Shown here one piece after another: positions 25,171 to 37,649 of a DNA stretch of 64,000 nucleotides. Numbering within the stretch: position 1 is the first letter of the stretch; every line of letters begins with the position of its first letter. Origin of the DNA: Mobula hypostoma (Eukaryota); the NCBI RefSeq assembly GCF_963921235.1, contig NC_086097.1, forward strand, positions 65,970,001-66,034,000, in the 5' to 3' direction. The position numbers and the translations under genes were made by a program. The notes under the pieces are model-generated. The model had not been told where the DNA came from, did not search any database, and saw nothing but the letters and a program-made list of their open reading frames with translations.

Positions 25171-28100
25171 TGATGTTTATTTCTGGTTGTAAACAACCCA
25201 ATTGCTGTTTTATGTTGAATTTCAGCCAATTTTGCAAATGTATTCAGTGGTAGCCCAATTTGTAATTTGCACGAAGCACAATATTTTAGTGAACACTGGT
25301 GAAAGTTCAAAGCAAATTTATTATCAGAATACATAAATGTCACCATATACAAACCTGAGATTCAACTTCTTGTGACCAATCACAGTAAATACAAAGAAAC
25401 ATAATAGAATCATTAAAAAGCACACATGTACACAAGATGGACAAATAACCAACATGCAAAGGCTCATAAACTGTGCAATGACAAAAAGAAGAAAAATAAC
25501 AAACAAAATAAAAATAATAAATAAATAAGCAATAAATATTATGTCATGAGATGAAGAACTTTTGAAAGTGAGTCCATAGGTTGAGTGACGTTCAGTGTTG
25601 GGGTAAGTGAACTTCTCCCCTCTGTTTCAAGAGCCTGATGGTTGAGGGTTATTAACTGTTCCTCAACTGGTGGTGTGGTCCTGAGACTCCCATACCTTCT
25701 CCCTGATGGCAGCAGTGAGAAGAAAGCATGGTCTGGATGGTGACGGTCCCTGAAGATGGATGCTGCTTTCCTGCAACAGTGTTCCTTGTAGATACAGTGG
25801 CATGCAAAAGTTTGGGCACCCCTGGTCAAAATTTCTGTTACTGTGAATAACTAAGCGAGTAAAAGATGTGCTGATCTCCAAAAGGCATAAAGTTAAAGAT
25901 AACACATTTCTTTAATGTTTTAAGCAAGATTACTTTTTTTAATTCCATCTTTTCAAGCTTCAAAATAACAAAAAAGGAAAAGGGCCCGAAGCAAAAGTTT
26001 GGGCACCCTGCATGGCAGTACTTAGTAACACCCCCTTTGGCAAGTATCACAGCTTATAAACACTTTTTGTAGCCAGCTAAGAGTCTTTCAATTCTCATTT
26101 GAGAGATTTTCGCCCATTCTTCCTTGCAAAAGTCTTCTAGTGCTGTGAGATTCTTGGGCCGTCTTGCATGCACTGCTCTTTTGAGGTCTATCCACAGATT
26201 TTCAATGGTGTTTAGGTCAGGGGACTTTGTGGGCCAAGGCAAAACCTTCAGCTTCTGCCTCTTGAGGTGGTCCATTATGGATTTTGAGGTGTGTTTAGGT
26301 TCATTGTCCTGTTGTAGAAGCCAGCCTGTATTCATCTTTGCCTTTTTTACAGACGGTGTGATGTTTGCTTCCAGAAATTGCTGGTATTTCCTTTTCCTTT
26401 TTCAGTATTTTTATTGATTTGATTTCTATATATACAAGAATACAGAGTTCAAGAGAATACATATTAAAAAACAAAAGCAAAATATAATAATACCAGATAC
26501 AGTATATTGAATCACATTAATGAACTCCTTACTCTATATTCATATGGATTAGATTTGTTCATATATTGGAATATAAACAATTTTATTAAGAGAAAAAAAG
26601 ATCTATACCCACTATGAAAGCCGAAGCTGTTTGGGGAAAAAAAGAAAAAAGAAATTTATCAGATAATAAAATATACTATTAACCACCTTCTGTACTTTAA
26701 CAAGAAATCAAAGATTATGAAAATAATTTAAAATGGCCCCCACAAATTTTGAAAATCTAGGTTAGATTCAGAAATTGAACAATGAATCTTTTCTAAATTT
26801 AGGCATGCCATAACATCCTGTAACCACTAAGCATGATTAGGCGGAACAGCGTCCTTCCATTTAAACAAAAGTGCCCTTCCAGCTATAAGAGACATAAAAG
26901 CCAGAATGTGCAAATCAGATGTCTTCAGAATTATATCTTTGCTTCCAACAATACCAAATAGCGCAGTCAAAGGACTAGGCTTAAAATTTACTTTAAAGTG
27001 TACAGAAAAAGTTTGGAATACTTCCTTCCAATATTTTCCAAGACTTGGGCAAGTCCAAAACATATGAATAAGTGAAACTTCTCCATTGTTACATCTATCA
27101 CAATAGGGAGATATCTCTATAAAAACGAGATAATTTATCCTTGGTCATATAAGCCCTATGAACCACTTTAAATTGTAGGAGGGAATGACGAGCACATAGC
27201 AATGAAGTATTAACCAATTTAAAAATCTCATTCCAAGTTTCTTCAGAAATTGAGGTCTGTAAATCTTGTTCCCAAAGATTTTTAATCTTGTCTAAAGAAT
27301 CATTTCTCATTCCCAACAACATATCATAAATATTGGATATCGAACCATTATAGAATGGATTCATAGTAAGAATTACATCTAATATGTTCTTATCAGGTCT
27401 ATTGGGAAATGTATATAACTGAGATCGCAGAAAAACTCTAATTTGTAAGTACTGAAAAAAATGGGTTTTTGGTCAACTATATTTAGTTGGCAATTGTTCA
27501 AACAAAGAAAGACTTCCTCCCACAAACAGATCCCGGAAACGTGTAATGCCCAATCCTTCCCAATGTTTAAAGACTACATCAGTCATAGAAGGCTTAAAAA
27601 AATAATTTGAAAAAAAGGACTAGAAAGGGAGAATCTCAATAAACCAAAGTGTTTTCTAAATTGTATCCAAATCCTTAAAGTATGTTTGACTACCACATTT
27701 TCAGTTATCGTACTTCAGGATAAAGGAAGTGAAGATCCCAACAAGGAGATCATAGAAAATGTATTAACCGAGTTAGCTTCTAAAGAAACCCACCCGGGAC
27801 AGTCCTCGTGGTTAATATAGTATGACCACAACGTGAGATTCCATATATTAGCTGCCCAGTAATAAAACATAAAATTTGATAAAGCTAAACCTCCATTCTT
27901 TTTAACTTTCTGGAGATGGACTTTATTCAGTCGAGGATGTTTATTTTTCAATATCTAGGAGGATAAAATAGAGTCCAGAGAGTCAAAAAAGGATTTAGGA
28001 ATAAAAACAGGTAATGCCTGAAAGAGGTATATGAATTTAGGTAAAACATTCATTTTAATAGAATTAATTTGGCCAATCAATGATAACAAAAGGAGCCACC

Positions 28101-31047
28101 AATTTGATAATGTTCTTTTTATATAATTTAATAAAGTAAGAAAATTTTCTTTAAGTAAGTATTTATAATTCTTGGTAATTGTTACACCCAAATAAGTGAA
28201 TTGGTTTCTTATGATTTTACAAGGATGGTTACTATCAGTTAATGGCAAATTATTCAAAGGAAGAAGTTCAGTCTTGTGTAGGTTCAGTTTATATCCAGAA
28301 AATTGACTAAGGCAAGATAGTAAAGAAAGCACAGAAGGTAGTGAAGATTCGACATTAGAAATGTAAAGCAGGAAGTCATCCGCATAAAATGAAACTTTGT
28401 GGATAGTACCTTTCCGTAAAATACCAGTGATATCGTTAGATTCTCGGAAAGCAATAGCTAAAGGTTCTAAAGCCAGGTCGAAGAACAAAAGACTCAAAGG
28501 GCAACTTTGTCTGGTTCCACGTTGAAGTTTAAATGGTTTAGAATTCTGAGAGTTAGTAAGAACCCCAGCAAAAGGGGATAAATACAGTAATTTAATTTAT
28601 TGAATAAACTTGGACTCAAAATTAAATTTTTCTAAAATTTTAAATAAATACTGCCATTCAACCTGATCAAAAACCTTCTCAGCATCTAAGGATATTACAC
28701 ACTCCGATATCTCTTTAGAAGGAGAATAAGTAACATTTAGTAATTGGCAAATATTAAAATGAGAATATCGATTTTTAATAAAGCCACTCTGATCGTCAGA
28801 AATGACAGATGGTAAGATATTTTCCATCCTATGGGCCAGAACATTAGATAAAGTTTTAGCATCAATATTAAGTAAAGAAATTGGTCTATATGAAGAACGT
28901 TCAGTTGGATTCTTATTCTTTTTAAGGATAAGCGAAATAGATTGCAGTAACCTACCTAACTTAAAAGAATCTGAAAAAACTGAACATAAATGGGGTCTGA
29001 GCAAGGAAAAAAAAGCCTTATAAAATTCTTCAGAAAATCCGTCAGGACCTGGAGCTTTCCCTGAATGCAACGAATGTACAGCTTCGGCTATTTCTTCGTG
29101 AGAAATATATAGATCCAACTGTTTTCGGTCATCAACAGGAAGCGTAGGGATATTTATTTGGTCTAAAAAATTATCCATTATAGTATTATCTTTAAGAAGA
29201 TCAGAGCTATAAAGTTTAGAATAATATTCTCTAAAAGTATCATTTATTTCTAAATGATCAGTTGTCCTAGTACCATTAGGTTTATAAATTTCTTTAATCT
29301 GTCATTTAGCACTAGAAGTTTTAATTTGGTTAGCCAATAATTTACCTGTTTTATCCCCATGGATATAAAATTGACTTTTATCCTTTAAAAGTTGAGTTTC
29401 AATGGAGTGTGTTAATACAAAATCATATTTAGCTTTAATTTCAGCCCATCTTTTATATACAGCAGGATCTGAGGTCAAATCGTATTCTTCATCTAATTGT
29501 TTCAGCTGGTTGGCTAAATTAATTCTCTCTTTATTAGCTTTTTCTTAACACTTGCAGTATAAGAAATGATTTGTCCTCGAATATATGCTTTAAAGGCATC
29601 CCATATGACAAGGCTAGAAGTCTCCTCCACCATATTCTCTTAAAAAAAGAGTGATTTGCAGCTCCAAAAACTTTTAAAAATCCTTGTCAGATAACAGAGT
29701 TAAATTAAAACACCAGAATCTGTTTGTCTGAGGAAAACCAGGAAGATTTATGGATAAAAGCACAGGAGCATGGTAAGAGATAGCAATCTCTTTATATTCA
29801 CAAGATCAAACAAATGGAATCATTTGGTTATCAATTAAAAAAATAGTCAATTTTGGAATACATATGATGAACATGGGAGAAATACAAGTATTCTCTATCT
29901 GTTGGATGTAAGAAACGCCATATATCAACAATACCACATTTTCGTTAAAAAAGAATGGATAAACGAAGCTGATTAATTAAGTGTCACTGGTTTAGAAGAA
30001 GACCGATCTAAGACTGGGTCTAACTAGCAATTAAAGTCTCCTGCCAACACCAGTGAATACACACTCAAATCAGGCAAAAATGGAAGAAAATCGTTCAAAG
30101 AATCCTGGATCATCTATATTTGGGGCATAAACATTGGCAAATACCAACAATTTATCCTCTAGTTTCCCTGATACTATAACAAATCATCCATTAGTATCAG
30201 AAACAACCTTGTGTTGAACAAAAGGAACTGTATTTTCTATAAAAATCAAGACACCTCTAGTTTTGGCCTGAAAACTTGAGAGAAAGTGCCATCCTTGCCA
30301 TCGGCTAAAAAGGCGTGAATTATCAGAATTACGTACGTGTGTTTCTTGTAAGAAAATAATTGGGACCTTAAGTTTTTTAATATAGGCAAAAATCTTATTT
30401 TGTTTAAAAGGATGATTTAATCCTTTGACGATAAGACTAAGTAATTTAGTATTATAATCCATTTTATTATTTTAAAAATAAATTTAAAGGATAATCCTTA
30501 AGAAGGTTAATAAAACTAAGCAATGACCTATGAGATGAGAAAACCAAACAACAGGTTTGGCTAAAATTCCCAAGCAGCTTCCAAGAAAAAAAGCTCAACA
30601 CCCTCCCCCCTCCCAAAGAGAGAAAGTCGACGCCTACAGCTAATGACGACACCCCCCAAAAAATACTGTTGGCTTAGCTCCAGATAAATTACAAGGTTAG
30701 AATATTCCAATCTACTCGAAACAGCAGATAGTAAAGAGACAATTAATTCTGGTATCAAAAAAAAACTCTTGAAAAATAAATATAATATGTAATAATATAC
30801 AAATGTTTGTAGACACACAGAATATTGACTCATTAAAATCTTAATTTCAAAGTAAGACCTTAAGAGCTTCTTAAAAGAAAATTGACTACAAGATTCACCA
30901 GAGGCACAATACACAATTATTTATGTAAATTTTGTTAAACAGCTCTAACATGACACTTCTAAACTTAACAAAATAACAGCACATTAAAGTTTTATTCTCA
31001 AAATAAATCCTTGAAAAGTCCAAAAGGAAAGAGTTAAGTACAAAGTT

Positions 31048-31428
31048 AAGATCCTAAAGGGATTGGACAGGCTAGATGCAGGAAGATTGTTCCCGATGTT
31101 GGGGAAGTCCAGAACGAGGGGTCACAGTTTGAGGATAGAGGGGAAGCCTTTTAGGACCGAGATTAGGAAAAACTTCTTCACACAGAGAGTGGTGAATCTG
31201 TGGAATTCTCTGCCACAGGAAACTGTTGAGGCCAGTTCATTGGCTATGTTTAAGAGGGAGTTAGATATGGCCCTTGTGGCTACAGGGGTCAGGGGGTATG
31301 GAGGGAAGACTGGGGCGGGGTTCTGAGTTGGATGATCAGCCATGATCATAATAAATGGCGGTGCAGGCTCGAAGGGCCGAATGGCCTACTCCTGCACCTG
31401 TTTTCTATGTTTCTATGTTTCTATGTTT
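31048..31428 (+). mobile_element. Young CR1 3' fragment in the L1 inter-ORF spacer
   Basis: SRTRGHSL...FFTQRVVNLWNSLP, retained CpGs, (TTTCTATG)3 tail. Confidence 0.88.
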
Positions 31429-32312
31429 AGCAAAGGTGAAATAAACAGTTATTCATGTAGCAACTAATAAGCAGTCATTTTACTGACTCTAAATATTCCT
31501 GAGACTGGAGACTGGAATGGAACCATTTTTGCGATCCATCTTGCAGAGTAATTCTGCGCTTCGCTGGGGACCATAGTGAAGGTTTAAAATCTTTTTTGTA
31601 GAATTATGACATGATATTTTTGAACTTAGCACATTCCCTCATAGTATCTGGTGAGAAATCTTCAACGATTCTAATCTTTTTTCCATTAAAGTCAATCATA
31701 CCTTTCTGACGAGATTCACGAATTATATGATCCTTTGTTTGAAACTCATGAAAAGTAATTAGCACTGAATGAGGTTTGCTTGTAAACATATTGTTTGCAG
31801 GTGTCAATTTTAAAATATCAGGAAATAGCTGAACCAGAAGGTTTGCAAAAAATTCCATAGGACAATCACCTTCAGTTAACTCTTCAAGACCAAGAATTCG
31901 TATGTTATTCCTTCTACTTCTGTTTTCTAAATCAATAATCTTCTGTCTTAGTTCATCATTAACCTTGGATTGTTTTCCAAAACGGTTTTGCAGGTCATCC
32001 ATTTTCTCATCCAGAATCGACAGGATTTCTTCATTCTCTTTTATCCATTTATCGTGCTCAGTTAGAGTTTCTTGAATAGAATCCAGTTTTGTGCTTAATT
32101 TCGAAGCCAAGTTGTTGAAACTCTTCAGAGAATTCATTGCTGAATCACTGAAATTCCTCGGAGGATTCTTTTCTGAATCGCTGCAATTCCTCGGACACTT
32201 TCTTTCTGTGGTTTTGCATCAATTCAACAATAGAATACAAAGAGGTAGAAGAATCTCACATCAAATTTGCTGGTGAACGCAGCAGGCCAGGCAGCATCTC
32301 CAGGAAGAGGTA

Positions 32313-32354
32313 CAGTCAACGTTTCGGGCCGAGACCCTTCATCAGGACTAACTG
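32313..32354 (-). ncRNA. Minimal type I hammerhead ribozyme motif (Penelope)
   Basis: Minus strand reads AGTC-CTGATGA-A-GGGTCTCGGCCC-GAAAC-GTT-GACT. Confidence 0.75.
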
Positions 32355-33444
32355 AAAGAAGAGCTAGTAAGAGATTTGAAAGTGGAAGGGGGCAGCACTG
32401 GACGCAGTATATCACCCCAGCCGACTCACAGATGAAGTGTCGCCTCGCCTGGAAGGACTGTCTCAAACACATCTCCCCCATTTCATGCACATCTGCTCTC
32501 ACTCCATCCTCCCGCCACCCCACTAGGAATAGTGTTCCCCTTGTCCTCACCTATCTCCCCACCAGCCTCCGGGTCCAACATATTATTCTCCGTAACTTCC
32601 GCCACCTCCAACGGGATCCCACCACTAAGTACATCTTTCCCTCCCCCCCCCCCCGCTTTTGGCAGGGATCACTCCCTATGCGACTCCCTTGTCCATTCGT
32701 CCCCCCCCATCCCTCCCCACCGATCTCCCTCCTGGAACTTATCCTTGTAAGCGGAACAAGTGCGACACGTGCACTTACACTTCCTCCCTTACCACTATTC
32801 AGGGCCCCAGACAGTCCTTCCAGGTGAGGCGACACTTCACCTGTGAGTTGGCTGGGGTGATGTACTGCGTCCGGTGCTCCCGATGTGGCCTTCTATATAT
32901 TGGCGAGACCCAACGCAGACTGGGAGACCGTTTTGCTGAACACCTACGCTCTGTCCGCCAGAGAAAGCAGGATCTCCCAGTGGCCACACATTTTAATTCC
33001 ACATCCCATTCCCATTCTGACATGACTATCCACGGCCTCCTCTACTGTAAAGATGAAGCCACACTCAGGTTGGAGGAACGACACCTTATATTCCGTCTGG
33101 GTACCCTGCAACCTGATGGCGTGAACATTGACTTCTCAAACTTACGCTAATGCCCCACCTCCCCCTCGTACCCCATCCTTTATTTATTTTTATACACACG
33201 TTCTTTCTCTCTCTCTCCTTTTTCTCCCTCTGTCCCTCTCACTATACCCCTTGCCCATCCTCTGAGTTTTCCCCCCCTTCCCCTTTTCTTTCTCCCTGGG
33301 CCTCCTGTCCCATGATCCTCTCGTATCCCTTTTGCCAATCAACTGTCCAGCTCTTGGCTCCATCCCTCCCCCTCCTGTCTTCTCCTATGTTTTTGGATCT
33401 CCCCCTCCCCCTCCCACTTTCAAATCTCTTACTAGCTCTTCTTT

Positions 33445-33486
33445 CAGTTACTCCTGACGAAGGGTCTTGGCCCGAAACGTCGACTG
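33445..33486 (+). ncRNA. Minimal type I hammerhead ribozyme motif
   Basis: CTGACGA-A-GGGTCTTGGCCC-GAAAC-GTC-GACTG, with one stem I mismatch. Confidence 0.7.
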
Positions 33487-34917
33487 TACCTCTTCCTAGA
33501 GATGCTGCCTGGCCTGCTGCGTTCACCAGCAACTTTGATGTGTGTTGCTTGAATTTCCAGCATCTGCAGAATTCCTTGTGTTTGAGGTAGAAGAATCTTC
33601 TTCTTTTTTACCTTTAGCAGTTCTTGTTGTCATAGTGCCAGATGAGGTTGGAAAGTAGAAAAAGTAAAGTAAACTAGGAGCGGCTGTAAAATGCTGTTAT
33701 TCCATCCACCACCAACAGGAAGTCTCCACTGGTATTTAATTGAATTCATTCTTCCCTCTACCAGTAAATGTTCCCCTTGCCACTGGCTCCAACACAAGCC
33801 CAAAGCATGATCTGTGCTTAACAGTTGGAGAGGGGTTATTTTCATGAAACTCTGCACCCTTTTTTTTCCAAACATACCATTGCTCATTGCGGCCAAGAAG
33901 TTCTATTTTAACTTCATCAGTCCACGGGACTTGTTTCCAAAATGCATCAGGCTTGTTTAGATGTTCCTTTGAACCTTTTGAATAGAACTTTTTGGCCACA
34001 ATGAGCAAAGGTATGTTTGGAGAGAAAAGGGTGCAGAATTTCATGAAAAGAACACCTCTCCAACTATAAAGCACAGGAGTGGATTGATCATGCTTTGGGC
34101 TTGTGTTGCAGCCAGTGGCATGGGGACCATGTACTGGTAGATGGAAGAATGAAGTCAATTAACTACCAGCAAATTCGGGAAGCAAACATCACACCATCTG
34201 TAAAAAAGCCAAAGATGAAAAGAGGATGACTTCTACAACAGGATAATGAACCTAAACACACCTCAAAATCCACAATGGACTACCTCAAGAGGCGCAAGCT
34301 GAAGGTTTTGCCATGGCCCTCACAGTCTCCCGACCTAAACATCATCGAGAATCTGTGGATAGACCTCAAAAGAGCAGTGCATGTAAGACGGGCCAAGAAT
34401 CTCACAGAACTAGAAGCCTTTTGCAAGGAAGAATGCGCGAAAATCCCCCAAACAAGAATTGAAAGACTCTTAGCTGGCTACAAAAGGCATTTGCAAGCTG
34501 TGATACTTCCCAAAGGGGGTGTTACTAAGTACTGCCATGCAGGGTGCCCAAACTTTTGCTTCTGGCCCTTTTCCTTATTTGTTATTTTGAAACTGTAAAA
34601 GATGGAAATAAAGAAGTTTTCTTGCTTAAAATATTAAAGAAATGTGTCATCTTTAGCTTTATGCCTTTTGGAAATCAGTTCATCTTTTACTCACTTAGCT
34701 ATTCACAGTAACAGAAATTTTGACCAGGGGTGCCCAAACTTCTTCATGCCACTGTATGTTCAATGGTGGGGATGGTTTAACCGTGATGGACTCAGCTGTA
34801 TCCACTACTTTTTGTAGGTTTTTCCAGTCAAGAGCATTGGTGTTTCCATACTAAGATGTGATGCAAACATTCAGTATAGTCCCCACTGCGCATCTATAGA
34901 ATTCTGTTAAAGTTTTA

Positions 34918-35859
34918 GGCTACGTCCACACTAGACCGGATAAATCCGTAACCAAAGCTTTTTCTTTTCATTTTGACCCTCTGTCCACACTGAAATGGCA
35001 TTTTCCTCCCCCGAAAATGAAGATTTTCTAAAACGCCCTCCAGAGTGTGTAAATTTGAAACGCCGATTATGCAGAGCAGTGTGGATGGGGTAAACGGATA
35101 TTTTTAAAAACGCTGTCATGACGTGCCGGAACAGGACACTGACGAAGGGTCTCGGCCCGAAACGTCGACTGTACCTCTTCCCAGAGATGCTGCGTGGCCT
35201 GCTGCGTTCACCAGCAACTTTTATGTGTGTTGCTTGAAACTCCAGCATCTGCAGATTACCTCATGTTTGCGTTTTTAAATACTTTGACCCATAGTTTACT
35301 GAATAAGTAAGTATACAGTACTCACTTTGTCCCGTTTTCTGTCCTTGCTTGTCTGAAGGTGGTTTACCTATTTATGCAAAAGTACTTCTCTGACAATAGA
35401 TGTGTAACAGCCTAATGTAACTTTGTATGGAAATACAAGATAACGCTGATGCTGACATGTTTTATACATTTAACAAGGTGCTTTATTTATGCAACAGAGT
35501 TAGTCACTTTTTCAATGTTCGTCGTCAGCCGGGTCATACTGTTCATGAACTACCTGTCGGTTGCCTCCATACGCTCCAGTATTTGTTTTTTTTTTCAGTT
35601 TTAAGTCCTCCTGCACAAGAGCCAACAGCAATTCCTTTTAAGTTTCCCTAGTCTGTAACTGCTCAAACATGTACCAAGTATACCGTTTCCTCTTCGCTTG
35701 TTTTCTGTGTGTCCTGCGCATGCTCAGTAGGAGGAAATTCACCCAAATAACCGTTCTAATGTGGACGAAGATATTTTTTAAATCGCCTGGTGTGGACGCC
35801 TATCGTTTTGGCATGAAACCAGTGTTTTCAAAATTATCCGGTCTAGTGTGGACGTAGCC
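34918..35859. mobile_element. PIF/Harbinger-type MITE
   Basis: Perfect 26-bp TIR GGCTACGTCCACACTAGACCGGATAA at 34918-34943 and 35834-35859. TTA TSD at 34915-34917 and 35860-35862. No coding capacity. Confidence 0.9.
35139..35272 (+). mobile_element. Penelope terminal fragment starting at the hammerhead core, inside the MITE
   Basis: CTGACGAAGGGTCTCGGCCCGAAACGTCGACTG...ccagcatctgcaga...tgtttgc. Confidence 0.85.
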
Positions 35860-36499
35860 TTAGATGACATGCTGAATTTTCACAAACTTCTAAGAAAGAA
35901 GAGGCACTGCCATGCCTTCTTTGTAATGGCATTTACATACTGGACCCAGGACAGATCCTCTGAAATGATAATGCCAAACAATTTAAAGTTGCTGATCCTC
36001 TCCTCCTCTGATCCCCTGATGAAGACTGGCTCATGACTTCCAGTTTCCTGTTGATGGTGTCATCAACAAACTTAAATATGGCATTGGCGCTGTGCTTAGC
36101 CTCACAATCATAAGTATAAAGCAAATAGAGCAGCGGCCTGAACACAGAGCCTTCCTTTGCAAAAGTTTCTGCACAGTGACGTAGTCAGGTTAAGTGACTT
36201 TGGCAGAAAATAGCAAATGGAATATAAAGAGGAAAATGTAAGTGCCTCAACTGTGATAGCAAGATTAGAAATGTAGAATATTCCTCAAATGGTGTTAGGT
36301 AATCGCACCATGATCTTAGGAGAGATGTTAGTGTTCTTGTATCAAAAATGATGAAGTTTTTACTCCATCCTGCTCACCTTTATTATAAGGGGAATGGAGT
36401 ACAACCTTAAGGAACTCTTGCCTTGTTGAAGTTCCCTCATTATAAGGAATACATAGATTGCCTTAGAAGAAGTGTTATAAGAACTCTACACTTTCAGAA

Positions 36500-37648
36500 C
36501 TAGATAACTATGGCAACACTGGTGGCAATCGTCATGAAGTGCTTTGAACAGCAAGTAATACATATCAAAAACTCCATTCCTGCCATACTGGACACTCCCC
36601 AATATGGTTATCGACAAAAGTACTCTACAACAGATGCCATGGCATCTGTCACACTTAGAAAACAAGGATGCCATGGCATCTGGTCGTGACACACCTAGAA
36701 AACAAGGACACTTATGTCAGAATACGGTTTCTGGATTTCAGTTCAGCATTCAACACTGTTGTACCACAGACCTTGGCGAACAAACTCCTTGGACTTCTGA
36801 GGCAACAGACCTCAGATGGTCAAGGATGCACAACCACTCCTCCATCCCCATTGGGTGCCTCAACACATGGGTGCCCCCCAGGGCTGTGTGTTGAGTCCAT
36901 TATTATACACTCCGCTCACACATGACTGTATGGCCAAACAGCTGAGTAATCACATTGTTAACTTCACCAATGACCATGACTCATCACAACAACAATGAGT
37001 TGGCCTACAGAGAGGAGGTGGAACAGCTCGAGGCCTCTTTCTCAATATCAACAAAACAAAGGAGATGATTATCGACTTCAGGAGAATTCACACGTCTCTT
37101 TACATCGGCACAGCAGTGGAAACTGTGAGTGCACATCTTGCACAACCTCTCATTTTCCCAGAACATATTCTACACAATCAGGAAAGCTCACAAATGTCTC
37201 TACTTTCTGAGGAAGCTGAAAAGAGCTGGACTATGCATATCTATACTCACGTCTTTCTACAGGTGTGCAGTAGAGAGCTTCCTATCATGCTGCATCATTG
37301 CAGGGTACAGGAACTGCACTGTGGCTGACAGGAAGGTTCTACAGTGGGTAGTCAAAACTGCCCAATGCATCTCTGGCAGCAGCCTACCTGCCATCAAGGA
37401 CAGATAGGCTGAAAGGTGTCAGGAAAAGGGCAGGTAACATCATGAAGGATCCCAACCACCCTGCACTTGAACTGTTGGTCCCACTCTCAAAAGGAAGGAC
37501 TCAAAAACAGTTACTTTGCCCAGGCAATAAGGCTGATCAACACCTCCAGCCAATAACCCACCCCTACATGGGCCCACCTCCACTACTTTATCATTTCCTG
37601 TCAGAGTCCCTTTATGTAAAGACACTCCTGTACCCAGTGTCACTTTAT
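36500..37648 (+). mobile_element. Rex1/Babar-like LINE, decayed
   Basis: [31 protein letters not shown] and CLYFLRKLKR...ILTSFYRCAVES. Small tandem duplication near 36633-36708. Confidence 0.85.
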
Positions 37649-37649
37649 T

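Larger units (their letters stand above)
32257..33583 (+). mobile_element. Penelope-like element with inverted 5' segments, inserted in L1 ORF1
   Basis: 15-bp TSD GAGGTAGAAGAATCT at 32242-32256 and 33584-33598. GIY-YIG motif GVMYCVRCSRCGLLYIGETQR. Confidence 0.92.
26390..33728 (-). mobile_element. Full-length decayed L1-clade LINE (5' UTR, ORF1 ~33633-31476, ORF2 30462-~26830)
   Basis: 9-bp TSD CTGGTATTT at 26381-26389 and 33729-33737. ORF1 has LENRSRRNNIRILGL. ORF2 has VKGLN...LQETH, PGPDG, YRPISLLN, SLDAEKVFD, YADD and HMFWTCP. AATAAA and an A-rich tail end it. Confidence 0.92.
25795..34754. mobile_element. Non-autonomous fold-back Tc1 element (IR/DR type), interrupted by an L1
   Basis: TA|CAGTGGCATG...CATGCCACTG|TA. 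The repeat CAAAAGTTTGGGCACCC occurs at both outer and inner positions. DDE 3'-half motifs (QQDNEPKH, SPDLNxIENLW) occur on both strands. Confidence 0.9.
25300..36150 (-). mobile_element. Rex1/Babar-like LINE host, split into 25300-25794, 34755-34917 and 35860-36150
   Basis: RKAASIFRD...FSLLPSGRRY at the 3' end and YTYDC...IFKFVDDT in the RT. The text is continuous once the Tc1 and MITE are removed. Confidence 0.8.

Noticed and set aside
26054..34598. Active Tc1 transposase
   Set aside because: Only C-terminal halves are present, with stops and no N-terminal DNA-binding domain.
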